From: Octopus sinensis
Taxonomy: Eukaryota
Direction of reading: 5' to 3'
Assembly: GCF_006345805.1 (NCBI RefSeq)
Contig: NW_021832281.1
Location: 62,001-126,000, forward strand
Length of the DNA: 64,000 nt
Part shown: positions 27,220 through 40,098 of the stretch, piece by piece
How the letters are laid out: every line of letters starts with the position of its first letter
Position numbering within the stretch: position 1 is the stretch's first letter
The notes under the pieces: generated by a model
Seen by the model: the letters and a program-made list of their open reading frames with translations, nothing else
Told to the model about the DNA's origin: nothing
The model's database searches: none
Made by a program: the position numbers and the translations under genes

Positions 27220-28061
27220 TTTACTAAATTCTTTGTTATATTTAAAGTAATTGAAAGAAACACAGAGCATCTCAACAGAAATATAATAACAAAAGGGTTA
27301 AGATATATAATAGAGAAACAATTCTTAACCCTTTTGATACCAACCTGGCTGAAACCACCTCTGGCTCTGTAGTACAAATGTCTTGTTTTCATAAGTTCTG
27401 GATTAAAATCTTCCACCAAACCTTAGTCACAATTTATGTTCTTAACACTAGCTGAATGATAACTAAGTTATTTTACTAAATTCTTTGTTATATTTAAAGT
27501 AATTGAAAGAAACACAGAGCATCTCAACAGAAATAAGGTAACAAAAGGGTTAAAATATATAATAGAGAAACAATTCTTAACCCTTTTGATACCAACCTGG
27601 CTGAAACCACCTCTGGCTCTGTAGTACAAATGTCTTGTTTTCATAAGTTTTGAATTAAAATCTTCCACCAAACCTTAGTCACAATTTATGTTCCTAACAC
27701 TAGCTGAATGATAACTAAGTTATTTAACTAAATTCTTTGTTATATTTAAAGCAATTGAAAGAAACACAGAGCATCTCAACAGAAATATGGTAACAAAAGG
27801 GTTAAAATATATAATAGAGAAACAATTCTTAACCCTTTTGATACCAACCTGGCTGAAACCACCTCTGGCTCTGTAGTACAAATGTCTTGTTTTCATAAGT
27901 TTTGAATTAAAATCTTCCACCAAACCTTAGTCACAATTTATGTTCCTAACACTAGCTGAATGATAACTAAGTTATTTAACTAAATTCTTTGTTATATTTA
28001 AAATTAATTGAAAGAAACACAGAGCATCTCAACAGAAGAAATATGGTGACAAAAGGGTTAA
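27220..28061. mobile_element. Tandem piggyBac-like MITE array (3 full + 1 partial unit, 252-bp period), opposite orientation to 5629-6337
   Basis: Units 27325-27553, 27577-27805, 27829-28061 with TTAA-CCC termini. Confidence 0.85.
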
Positions 28062-28062
28062 A

Positions 28063-29090
28063 GATGACCTAAGGTCTGGACGTCCTGCAACTGCCACCAC
28101 CAAGGAGAACATAGATTGTGTTCACCATGTGGTGATGGATGAGAAACAGTTGACTATAAATCAAACAGCCAATACTGTCAGCATGTCCTGTGTAGGAGTT
28201 GAGAATATTCTGCACAGTGAACTTGACATGATGAACGTTTCTGCTTGGTGGGTACCACGTCTTCTGATTGTTGAGGACTTGAGAAAACAGGATGTGCAAT
28301 GTAAGTGTGCATGAAGGACCTGTATAAATGTACTGAGAGAAAGATTGGTCATAGGAGGGACCAGATGTTGTGTGCAAAAAAAATGTCCAAGCTGGTATGG
28401 ACATGTGCTGTATATGGATGAGCACTGTTTTATAAAGAAGAACTGACCATTAAATGTGGCTGAAGCCTGTGGGATGACGTCAGCAGCTGGGTTCGTTGAC
28501 CGGAAGCTGGGGCCACCGGAAGGGGCAGCCGTCAGGCATGCGCAGGCAGTGGTGAATTCGGCCATTCCAACGTGGGTCGTCGAGGTATCAAGACGTGTGA
28601 GGATGTTGCTAAGGTTTGGGTGAGCAGCTGCTATCTTTAATGTTCGTGTCGGGGCTGTGTCGAAAGATTAGTTACCACTGAAGGGTCTCCATCACGAGGA
28701 AGAGAAGGTAGGTGCCTTTATATTCGAATCTCACACACACCACAAAGCCTATGGAGGAGGAAAACCCAGAAAGACATGGGATGAAATGGTGAAGGCTGAT
28801 TATAGGATGCTGAGCTTCACAACAGACACGTGAGGCATTTGGACAAGGACTACAGTATTTAAAAATGAACAAAGCATAGCTAACTATCCAAAGACTGATC
28901 ATATTGTGGTAAAATCCAACATTCTTTGAGGCAAATCCAGCTGGTTTTCTTCAACACTTCTTAACCCAGAGACAAAGAGACAAATTATGCAGTAGAAGCA
29001 CCTGTCCTCACCTGCTCCAAAGAAGGCCAAGGTCGTTTCATCTGAAGGGAAGGTGACAGCCTGTGTTTTGGGATGCAAAAGGATTTTGTG
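28063..29090 (+). mobile_element. Degenerate mariner transposase remnant, interrupted by insertions
   Basis: DDLRSGRPATATTKENID...VSAWWVPRLL (28063-28270) and FEANPAGFLQHFLT...PKKAKVVSSEGKVTACVFWDAKG (28925-29085); stops and deletion of the first catalytic-Asp region. Confidence 0.85.
28750..28900 (+). mobile_element. RTE LINE 3' fragment
   Basis: GGKPRKTWDEMVKADYRMLS matches RTE ORF2 C-terminal GRPRKTW motif. Confidence 0.6.
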
Positions 29091-29126
29091 TTTTTAGCGA
29101 TGGAAGGCAAGGTTTATGGTATCTCT

Positions 29127-29915
29127 ACGGAGAGCTGGCAGAAACGTTAGCACGCCGGGCGAAATGCTTAGCGGTATTTCGTCTGCCGTTACGTTGTGAG
29201 TTCAAATTCCGCCGAGGTCGACTTTGCCTTTCATCCTTTCGGGGTTGATAAATTAAGTACCAGTTATGCACTGGGGTCGATGTAATCGACTTAATACTTA
29301 TGTCTGTCCTTGTTTGTCCCCTCTGTGTTTAGCCCCTTGTGGGTAGTAAAGAAATAGGTATTTCGTCTGTCTTTACGTTCTGAGTTCAAATTCCACCGAG
29401 GTCGACTTTGCCTTTCATCCTTTCGGGGTCGATAAATTAAGTACCAGTTACGCACTGGGGTCGATGTAATCGACTTAATACCTATGTCTGTCCTTGTTTG
29501 TCCGCTCTGTGTTTAGCCTCTTTTGGGTAATAAAGAAATAGGTATTTCGTCTGCCGCTACGTTCTGAGTTCAAATTCCGCCTAGGTCAACTTTGCCTTTC
29601 ATCCTTTCGGGGTCGATAAATTAAGTACCAGTAACGAACTGGGGTAGATGTAATCGACTTAATACCTATGTCTGTCCTTGTTTGTCCGCTCTGTGTTTAG
29701 CCCCTTGTGGGTAATAAAGAAATAGGTATTTCGTCTGCCGCTACGTTCTGAGTTCAAATTCCGCCGAGGTCGACTTTGCCTTTCATCCTTTCGGGGTTGA
29801 TAAATTAAGTACCAGTTACGCACTGGGGTCGATGTAATCGACTTAATACCTATGTCTGTCCTTGTTTGTCCGCTCTGTGTTTAGCCCCTTGTGGGTAATA
29901 AAGAAATAGGTATCT
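29127..29915 (+). mobile_element. SINE family B (Deu/Nin-like domain gcctttcatcctttcggggtcgataaa), one head plus ~4 tandem bodies
   Basis: ~179-bp period; other copies ~8575-8815(-), 9380-9805(-), 13435-13645(-), 33458-33690, 40710-41115, 50240-50472(-), 56400-56820(-). Confidence 0.85.
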
Positions 29916-31009
29916 GAGGAATATCATCTTTCATCATCTATTTCTTGTAGTTCAGGCTTTCAGCAGGGGAAGAGAAAAATCTTCAGGCATAAATGCTATT
30001 TACAGCTGGTTTATTTACAGGAAAGGTGAAGTATGCTGCTCTTGGCTACCATCTTAAACTCAGATAGTGTGGGTGCGTAGCCACTGGAGATAGACAGGCA
30101 GAAAACTCTGCCAGCGTTCGTGTTCAGCCAATGCTGCTGTTGCTGTTGAGCGAACAGTCTTCGTCCCAGAGCTCGCAAGATGGGAGAAGTCCGAAACATG
30201 GTCCTTTGCTATTTGTGAGACCCGCAGAAGAGAAAGCAGGTCAACCCCCGACACCGACGGATGGATGAATGCGCATCCAGGCTCAGCGGTTGCGTAGGAA
30301 GTCGGGGACAAGAAACAGGAAGAAAGAGTGAGAGAAAGTTGGGGCGAAAGTGTACAACAGGGGTCGCCACCACTCCCTGCCGGAGCCTCTTGGAGCTTTA
30401 GGTATTTTCGCTCAATAAGCACACACAACGCCCGGTCTGGGAATCGAAATCGCGATCTTCCGACCATGAGTCCGCTGCCCTAACCACTGGGCCATTGCAC
30501 CTCCACTGCTGTTTGTGTTAAGCGAACAGTTTTCATTCCAGAGCTCGCAAGATGGGAGAAGTCCGAAACGTGGTCCTTTGCTATTTGTAAGACCCGCAGA
30601 AGAGAAAGCAGATCAAACCCAGACACCGAGAGCATCGACAGATGGACGAATGCGCATCCAGGCTCAGCGGTTGTGTAGGAAGTCGGGGACAAGAAACAGG
30701 AAGAAAGAGTGAGAGAAAGTTGGAGCGAAAGAGTACAACAGGGGTCATCACCACTCCCTGCCGGAACCTCATGGAGCTTTAGGTGTTGTTGCTCAATAAA
30801 CACACATAATGCCCAGTCTGAGAATCGAAACTGAGATCCTACAGCTGCGAATCCGCTGCCCTAACCACTGGGCCATTGCACCTCCACTTGCTGTTGCTGT
30901 TCAGATTAAGCCATCATGTGATTCGATCTTCCAGAATCTTCCCCTTGTGACCTATAAAAAGGCTGCTTTTGGTGGTAATTAAAGGTAATTAATTGCAGCA
31001 CGTTAGGCA

Positions 31010-31565
31010 GCAGAGACGTGTCTCCATTCTTGCTCCACCTGATGCTAGCGTGGCCGTTCGCCAGCTCGTCTGGCACCTGTGTCGGTGGCACATAAAAAGC
31101 ACCATCCGTCCGTGGCCATTCACATGTATCGACAGGGAGACTTAGGTTAGACATCCTAAGGAGCCAATTGTGGCAGTCCATGATGATAGAAGATGGAGTT
31201 CGGTTTTAACATCAATGGAAATTGCAGCTGTGATACGAGTGCTGGTGGCACATAAAAAGCACCGTCCGATTGTGGCCATTGCCAGCACCGCCCCAACTGG
31301 CCCCTGTGCCGGTGGCATGTAAAAAGCACCAATCCGATCGTGGCCGTTTGCCAGCCTCGTCTAGCCTCTGTGTCGGTGGCACATAAAAAGCACCCACTGC
31401 ACTCATGGAGTGGTTGGCGTTAGGAAGGGCATCCAGCTGTAGAAACACTGCCAGATCAGACTGGGCCTGGGGCAGCCTTCTGGCTTCCCAGACCCCAGTT
31501 GAACCGTCCAACCCATGCTAGCATGGAAAGCGGACGTTAAACGATGATGATGATGATGATGATGA
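31010..31565 (+). mobile_element. RTE-type retroposon 3' end family D with (GAT)n tail and internal cacataaaaagcacc subrepeats, representative copy
   Basis: Ends ggaaagcggacgttaaacgatgatgat; other copies ~6715-7035, 10690-11280, 14370-14650(-), 15965-16330(-), 20100-20760(-), 33700-34000, 38770-38930, 46975-47300, 52955-53275, 60500-60640(-). Confidence 0.8.
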
Positions 31566-32028
31566 AACAATCCAGGTAGGCAGCTAAGACAGATGGTGCA
31601 GATGGTTGACATGAACCTCTGTTGCCATGGATACAGAACAAGTGCTTCCAGTCGTGTTCAGCAAGCCACATGTTGCTGTATCAATAACGTGTCATAAACT
31701 CCAAGCAGTATTTTACTCCCACTCTGTAATTATTGCCGTTGCCAATAGTAAAACGCTGGTACAGTTTGTCTTTATGTGTGGTAATAAATTTTTCTGTTAA
31801 AAGTTTACAGGTGTTGTTCATTTAGTTCTTTATGTGGCCCAAGAAACATATTTTCATTCAAGTATAGCTGCAGGAGTGGCTGTGTGGCAAGTAGCTTGCT
31901 TACCAACCACATGGTTCTGGGTTCAGTCCCACTGTGTGGTACCTTGGGCAAGTGTCTTCTACTATGGCCTCGGGCTGACCAAAGCCTTGTGAGTGGATTT
32001 GGTAGATGGAAACTGAAAGAAGCCTGTC

Positions 32029-32059
<31 letters not shown>

Positions 32060-32857
32060 GGAGTGGCTGTGTGGTAAGTAGCTTGCTTACCAACCACATG
32101 GTTCTGGGTTCAGTCCCACTGTGTGGTACCTTGGGCAAGTGTCTTCTACTATAGCCTCAGCTGAGCTAAGCTTTGTGAGTGGATTTGGTAGACGGAAACA
32201 GAAAGAATCCCGTCGTATATATGTGTGTGTGTGTCCCAACATCGCTTAACAACCAATACTAGTGTGTATATGTTCCCGTAACTTAGCAGTTCAGCAAAAG
32301 AGACCGATAGAATAATTACTAGGCATACACAGAATAAGTCCTGGGGTCGATTTCCTCGACTAAAGGTGGTGCTCCAGCATGGCTGTAGCCAAATGACTGA
32401 AACAAGTAAAGAAAGAGTAAAGAGCATATGTGTCTGTGTTTGCCCCCCCCCCCCAACATCGTTTGACAACCGATGCTGGTGTGTTTACGTCCCCGTAACT
32501 TAGCGGTTCGGTAAAAGAGACCGCTAGAATAAGTAGTGGGCTTACAAAGAATAAGTCCTGGGGTCGATTTGCTCGACCAAAGGCGGTGCTCCAGCATGGG
32601 CACAGTCAAATGACTGAAACAAGTAAAAGTCAACTCTTTGCCAAATTTTGAGATCATTCACATATCTTGTCTCTTGACAGACATAGTACCGAAGGCAGCT
32701 GATTGAATTCCACCTCCAACTCTTGCTAAGGACAGGTTCTTGGACAGCCTGAACTAAACATTCACACACCACCTCATAAGTATCTGCTTCAAACGTAGCA
32801 TGGTTTTTCCATCTCTCCCATTTTGTAATTATTGCCATTATTATCTGTAAAAGAATG

Positions 32858-34035
32858 TGTAGCGTAGCTGATATCCTCACTGTTTGGGAGATATATTAGA
32901 AATGATCTTGTGTTAGATAACAACCATCTTCGGCTATATAGACCCTGTTGTGTCCACTGCCCTGATTGGTTGACATTGGCACAGCTTGTCTCTTGATTTA
33001 TTTCACCAACCAATCACAGCCTTCAGATAAGGTCCCATGACACAGTCTTTTTGGGGTTTCACTGGAACCTTTAGCAGGTTATATAAAGGCCCCAGCATTC
33101 ATGATATCCCGTCTTTGGTTGTAGTCCTTCTCAGGGTTAACCTCTGACCACAGAGCTACTCAACCATGTTCCCGCAACACTGGTCAGAGGTTAGCCCTGA
33201 GAAGGACTACAACCAAAGACAGGATATCGTTAATGCTGGGGCCTTTATATAACCTGCTAAAGGCTCCAGTGAAACCCCAGAAACACTGTGTCATGGGACG
33301 TTATCCGAAGACTGTGATTGGTTGACACACTGGCGTGAAATAAGTCAAGAGACAAATTGTGCCAATGCCAACCAATCAGAGCAGTGGACACAACAGGGTC
33401 CAAAATAGCTGAAGATGGTTGTCATCTAACACAAGATCATTTTAATATATCTCTCAAGGCGGGGATGAGCTGGCAGAAACATTAGGACGCCGGGCGAAAT
33501 GCTTAGCGGTACTTTGTCTGCCATTACATTGTGAGTTCAAATTCCACCGAGGTAGACTTTACCTTTCATCCATTCAGGGTCGATTAAACAAGTACCAGTT
33601 ACGCACTGGGGGTCGATGTAATCGACTTGATCCCCTTGTTTGTCCCCTCTATGTTTAGCTCCCTTGGGGGCAATAAAGAAATAAATATATATAAAAGCAC
33701 AATCCGTTCATGTCCATTGCCAGCCTTGCCTGGCCCCCGAGCCGGTAGCACGTAAAAGCACCATCCATTCGTGGCCGTTTGCCAGCTCCATCAGGCACCT
33801 GTGCGGGTGGCACATAAAAAGCACCCACTACATTCACGGAGTGGTTGGCGTTAAGAAGGGCATCCAGCCATAGAAACACTGCCAGATCTGACTGGGCCTG
33901 ATGCAGCCTTCCGGCTTCCCAGACCCCAGTTGCACCGTCCAACCCATGCTAGCATGGAAAGCGGACGTTAAACGATGATGATGATGATGATGATGATGAT
34001 ATCTCTCAAACAGTGAGGATGTCAGCTATGCTACA
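32858..34035. mobile_element. Large foldback element (~290-bp arms, 30-nt loop) with nested SINE B and family D insertion
   Basis: 32858-33150 pairs with 33181-33457 plus 33999-34035; atatctctcaa duplicated around the insert. Confidence 0.85.
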
Positions 34036-34384
34036 AATGTTTTTAGGCTTACCAATGTCATGCTTTGTATGAATTCAGACAGCGAATGTTTGCCAGGGTT
34101 CACCAATGGTGCTGTCTGTGAAACACATCTCTCACCATGTAAACAACGAGTGCATAATGCATGTGTTTATTGTGCATCATGGTGAGAAATGTGTTTCACA
34201 GACAGCACCATTGGTGAACGCTGGCAAACACTGCTGTCATCATCGTCAGCCCAACCTTTTCATATCTCTGCGACGATCCAGTCTTTCTTACAGAAGACTT
34301 CCAGCCAGTTCTGTCATTTACTTTCCATGCCATTCAGTTACATGTTTAATTTCTCTTCTGTCTCATCTACCAAAATTCTCTAAG

Positions 34385-35270
34385 GTGGCGAGCTGGCAGA
34401 AACATTAGCACGCTGGGCGAAATGCTTAAGTACCAGCTACACACTGGGGTCAATATAATCGACTTAATCCCTTTGTCTGTCCTTGTTTGTCCCCTCTGTG
34501 TTTAGCCCCTTGTGGGTAGTAAAGAAATAGGTATTTGGTCTGCCGTTACATTCTGAGTTCAAATTCCGCCGGGGGTCGACTTTGCCTTTCATCCTTTCAG
34601 GGTCGATTAAATAAGTACCAGTTACGCACTGGGGTCGATGTAATCGACTTAATACCTATGTCTGTCCTTGTTTGTCCCCTCTGTGTTTAGCCCCTTGAGG
34701 GTAGTAAAGAAATAGGTATTTCGTCTGCCGTTACATTCTGAGTTCAAATTCCGCCGAGGTCGACTTTGCCTTTCATCCTTTCGGGGGTCGATTAAATAAG
34801 TACCAGTTAGGCACTGGGGCCCATATAATCGACTTAATACCTTTGTCTGTCCTTCTTTGTCCCCTCTGTGTTTAGCCCCTTGTGGGTAGTAAAGAAATAG
34901 GTATTTCGTCTGCCGCTACGTTCTGAGTTCAAATTCCGCCGGGGTCGACTTTGCCTTTCATCCTTTCGGGGTCGATAAATTAAGTACCAGTTACGCACTG
35001 GGGTCGATGTAATCGACTTAATACCTATGTCTGTCCTTGTTTGTCCCCTCTGTGTTTAGCCCCTTGTGGGTAGTAAAGAAATAGGTATTTCGTCTGTCTT
35101 TAAGTTCTGAGTTCAAATTCCGCCGAGGTCGACTTTGCCTTTCATCCTTTCGGGGTCGATAAATTAAGTACCAGTTACGCACTGGGGTCGATATAATCGA
35201 CTTAATCCGTTTGTCTGTCCTTGTTTGTCCCCTCTGTGTTTAGCCCCTTGTGGGTAGTAAAGAAATAGAT
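34385..35270 (+). mobile_element. SINE family B tandem array (~5 bodies)
   Basis: Repeating gtatttcgtctg...aaagaaatag units of ~180-185 bp. Confidence 0.85.
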
Positions 35271-35271
35271 A

Positions 35272-35491
35272 CTACTAGCGAACAGTGCTCCCGGTGCGCG
35301 CACTCGCGTAACCGCTCCAGATAGTCGTGACTAGTCGATCCTTACTTTGTGTTTTGTGTTTTATTTACTTTGTGTAAAAAAATTATTTATTTTGTGTTTC
35401 ATTTACTTTGCTAGGTAGTCGTTGTAGGATCGACTAGTCACGACTAGCTAGCGCGGGTGCGCGCAGCAGCGGGACCACTGTTCGCTAGTAG
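35272..35491. mobile_element. 220-bp CpG-rich foldback MITE-like element
   Basis: 16-bp perfect outer IR ctactagcgaacagtg, 21-bp perfect inner IR tagtcgtgactagtcgatcct, T-rich centre. Confidence 0.8.
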
Positions 35492-35927
35492 AACCAATTC
35501 TCTCTTCTTTGTACGTTTATGTGGAATCGCAGCAAAAGTGTGAAATTCAAAAACGTAGAAAGAAATGCTGACGCAATTCATTTGACGATGCAAGGGAAAT
35601 AACTCTTTAAATTTGGTTCGAGTTGCCTCCCCTGAAAATCAGCCCTTTTCCCGCTAATTTCGTCCTTATTATTGTTGTTGCTCGTCCTGCGACAATTAGA
35701 GTGGCGCGTGCGCGCGTATATTTGTGCATGTGTCTGGTTTCTTCACGCATTTTCCCGTCCCCCCGGGCTTTTGGTCGACCCGAGGCTATAAGAGAAGAGA
35801 CGCAATTGGCTGAATGCGAAGCCACGTGGAGGCACAACACGCACGCAAATACACACACACAGACACACATACACACACATACACGCGCACTAGCGTAGCT
35901 CGGAGGGGCGGTAGGGCGGTCCTCCCC

Positions 35928-37115
35928 GGGCACGAAATTTTACTTTTTCACGAGAGTTCCGGACCCTAGTAAGGAACTCATTTGCATACGGCCAGCCAGA
36001 GCTTAGCTTGACCATGTCCACTTAACAAACACACTCTACCGAGTAAACTCAAGACGAAGAACGGTGTTGTACGTCGACCGGTCGCCAAGTTTTGCCTGAT
36101 TTTAGAAGGGGACAAGTAATTGGAGACATTATGCCTGTTATCGGATTTTGTTGGGGCCCCAAATGGTAAAGACGTGGATGGAAAATATAATAATAATAAT
36201 AATAATAATAATAAAACACTGTGTACAGTGCTCAGGTGCACTACAACTCATCTAAAGTGTATGCATAATCAGGTGTAGTTTGGGAGGATTTCGGAAAGCA
36301 TATATATATATGTGTGTGTGTGTATTTCCAGGATACTCATATGTATACACACACACACATTATATAAATGTATATCAAATATATTTCAATGTTCAGTCAA
36401 GAAATAAAATATACAGTGAAGTATATATAAAGTGTCTCATATGTTAGGCAGTTCTTCATGTTATATTCTTGCATAAATGTTATCATACTTACGTAAGTCT
36501 TCATAAATAGTAGAAACATATGTTGTACATCTATAGTTCTGTCTCTTTCTTTCTATATACACATACACACATACAAGTATGTGTGTATATATAATAATAA
36601 AACATTGTGTACAGTGCCCAGGTGCACTACAACTCATCTAAAGTGTATATATAATCAGGTGTAGGTTCGGCGGATTTCGGAAAGCATGAGGGCCTTAAAG
36701 GATGCAGTGCCATGGCAGTCAACAACTGATGCAGGCAGTTTGTTCCATGCTTCAGAAACTCTGAGCGTGAAAAAATGTTTCCGAAAGTCATGGAAGGAGC
36801 TGTGCTGTTTTCTGACTTTGTAGGCATGTCCACGTGTGTATGTGGGCAGAGGGTGATGTGCTAGCGAACTTCTTCCCTGACAAAGTAAACAACAACACAA
36901 ATAATTACGCAGAGGTAGCCATGGTTGGAACCAGAACAACAACATGAAGCATTATTAAAAGAGAAAAGAAGTATGGTCATTCCTTACCCGAGTGACCTTC
37001 TCTTATCGCCCATCACTCGTTATGCGCTTCTAATTAGTTGAGCTCTGATTGGCTGTATGCAAATGAGTTCACAGCTAGGGTCAGGAACTCTCGCGAGGAA
37101 AAAAAGTTTGTGCCC
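35928..37115. mobile_element. Putative TIR element (~75-bp imperfect arms beginning gggcac) with internal CR1 insertion
   Basis: 35928-36003 is a diverged reverse complement of 37041-37115; no clear TSD. Confidence 0.55.
36590..36900 (-). mobile_element. CR1/L2-clade LINE 3' fragment
   Basis: TRGHAYKVRKQH..RKHFFTLRVSEAWNKLP motif followed by (AAT)n-type tail; second tail copy near 36200-36300. Confidence 0.8.
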
Positions 37116-37929
37116 CAGACGGCACTTTTGGGTCTGTTGTAGCCAGTATGTGTTTTTTGTGGGGGTCCTAGGGCGGCAAACGGAAATTTCCCTTCAGGCG
37201 GCACACGCTAGTGAACACGCGCTCTCACACACACGTGCACGTAGGGTCTGGTTTTCGCGTTTTTTATTATGGTATTTCAACATTATAGACGCAAGAGTGG
37301 CTGTGTGGTAAGTAGCTTGATTACCTACCACATGATTCTGGGTTCAGTCCCACTGCGTGGCACCTTGGGCAAGTGTATTCTACTATAGCCTCGGGCCGAC
37401 CAAGGCCTTGTGAGTGGATTTGGTAGACGGAAACTGAAAGAAGCCTGTCGGATATATATGTGTGTGTCTGTGTTTGTCCCCCTAGCATCGCTTGATAACC
37501 GATGCTGGTGTGTTTATATCCCCGTAACTTATTGGTTCGGCAAAAGAGACCGATAGAATAAGTACTGGGCTTACAAAGAATAAGTCCTGGGGTCGATCTG
37601 CTCGACTAAAGGCGGTGCTCCAGCATGGCCACGGCCAAATGACTGAAACAAGTAAAAGAGTAAAAGAGTATTATAACATTAAAAAAATTATTTTAGGTGC
37701 AGGAGTGGTTGTATGGTAAGTAGCATGGTTCTGGGTTCAGTCCCACTGCGTGGCACCTTGGGCAAGTGTCTTCTACTATAGCCTCGGGCCGACCAAATCC
37801 TTGTGAGTGGATTTGGTAGACGGAAACTGAAAGAAGCCCGTCGTATATATGTATATATGTATATATGTATCAAATAAAATTAAAAGCAGAACACAAAAGA
37901 TATCGCGGTACACGTGTTTCAAGCCTTAT

Positions 37930-38275
37930 CGGGATAGGAACCCCTTTCGGTCACGACATTGACCATGGGATTGCACCTAGAAAGTTACCCTCCTAGTCAC
38001 AAGTCTGGGCAAGGTTGTTTTATGGGAGACCAGCAGTCGCCCATGCATACCAGCCTCCCCTCTCCACGCCACCAGTGTTATCCAAGGGAAAGATAAAGGT
38101 CGATACAGCTTGGCATCTGTGATGTCGCAACTCATCTCTACAGCTGAGTGAACTGGAGCAACGTGAAATAAAGTGTCTTGCTCAAGAACACAACACGCAG
38201 CCCGGTCCGGGATTCGAGCTCACAACCTCACGATTGTAAGCTCGATGCTCTAACCACTGAGCCATGCGCCTTCAA
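37930..38275 (-). mobile_element. tRNA-derived SINE, further family
   Basis: Minus-strand head ggcgcatggctcagtggttagagc...ctcgaatccc with A/B boxes; partial copy near 2850-2905. Confidence 0.7.
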
Positions 38276-40035
38276 GCCTTATAAACAATCTGTTATTACA
38301 TCAGTATATTATTGATATAAAAGATGGTTTAAAGCTCTCTTCACCTGCAAACATTGTTGGTCCACACATATATACATATATATGAGTGTTTGTATGTGTT
38401 CGTCCCCTGCCACAACTATCGCTTGACAACCGATGCTGGTGTGTTTATGTCCCCGTAACTTGGGCCAGTGTCTTCTACAATAGCCTCAGGCCGACCGAAG
38501 CCTTGTCAGTGGATTTGGTAGACGGAAACTGAAAAGAAGCCCGTTGTATATATGTATATATGTGTGTGTGTGTTTGACAACTGATGCTGGTGTGTTTAAA
38601 ATCCCCCCGTAACTTAGCAGTTCGGCAAAAGAGACCACTAGAATAAGTACTAGGCTTACAAAGAATAAGTTCTGGGGTTGATTTGCTCGACTAAAGGCGG
38701 TGCTCCAGCATGGCCACAGTCAAATGACTGAAACAAATAAAAGAATAATGCTCCTAAAGTTGAATTAGCCTTTTCCGGAGTGGTTGGCATTAGGAAGGGC
38801 ATCCAGCCGTAGAAACACTGCCAGATCAGACTGGAGCCTGGTGCAGCCTTCTGGCTTCCCAGACCCCAGTTGAACCGTCCAACCCATGCTAGCATGGAAA
38901 GCGGACGTTAAACGATGATGATGATGATGAGTGTGCTCATCAGATTTCAAATGTGTTTAACGACTTCTTGTGGAGTTTTTTACTGATAGAAATAATGAGA
39001 ATGACGAATCCTTACTCTTTTACTTGTTCCAGTCATTTGACTGCGGCCATGCTGGAGCACCGCCTTTAGTCGAGCAAACCGACCCCCAGGACTTATTCTT
39101 TGTAAGCCTAGTACTTATTCTATCGGTCTCTTTTGCCGACCTGCTAAGTTACGGGGACGTAAACACACCAGCATCGGTTGTCAACTGATGCAAGGGGAAC
39201 AAACACGGACACACAGACACACACACATCCATATATATATGTACATATATCTATCTATATGCTCTTTTACTTGTTACGGTCATTTAACTGCGGCCATGCT
39301 GGAGCACCACCTTTAGTCGAGCAAATCGACCCCCAGGACTTATTCTTTGGAAGCCTAGTACTTATTCTATCAGTCTCTTTTGCTGAACTGCTTAGAGGTG
39401 ACTTAATCGAACATATCAGGGGCTCCCCTTCTTGAAGCTTCTTTCTTGACTGATCCTTCCTACCATTGAAGTGCAGCTTCTGTCACAGTACTTGCTTACC
39501 AAGAGGGTGGCTCAGCACCCTGCATTTCTGTTGTTTTCCTTTCGCCACTGATGCTTCTCAACTTCTTTGCTTCTATAGCTGCTCCCTAGCGAAGCAGTTC
39601 CTTCCTTCACCACTGTCCTCCATGTTCTTCTGTCCTCAGCCCCCTCTTCCTAGGTGCCGACATCCACCTCACACATGGACAAACATCCTTCAAAATTTCC
39701 ATGCTTTCTGAGATTCGCCAACACTACACCTGATTTCCTCCCCTCCATACACACACAAGCATGTATCTGACTCATACATTGTTCGCTTTCCAAACATTTC
39801 TACATTATACGCACTTTCTGACAAGTTGTGGTACACCTGAGCACTCTTTTACTCTTTTACTTGTTTCAGTCCTTTGACTGTGGCCATGCTGGAGCACCGC
39901 CTTTTAATCAAGCAACTCGACACCAGTACTTATTCTATTGGTTTCTTTTGCCAAACCGCTAAGTGACGGGGACGTAAACACACCAGCATCGGTTGTCAAG
40001 CAATGCTAGGGGGATAAACACAGGCACACAACCAT

Positions 40036-40098
<63 letters not shown>

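Noticed and set aside
223-37115. Functional link between the many hairpin elements and the neighbouring H3K9 methyltransferase (self-silencing circuit)
   Set aside because: Only co-location; nothing in the sequence shows the foldback density exceeds the genome background
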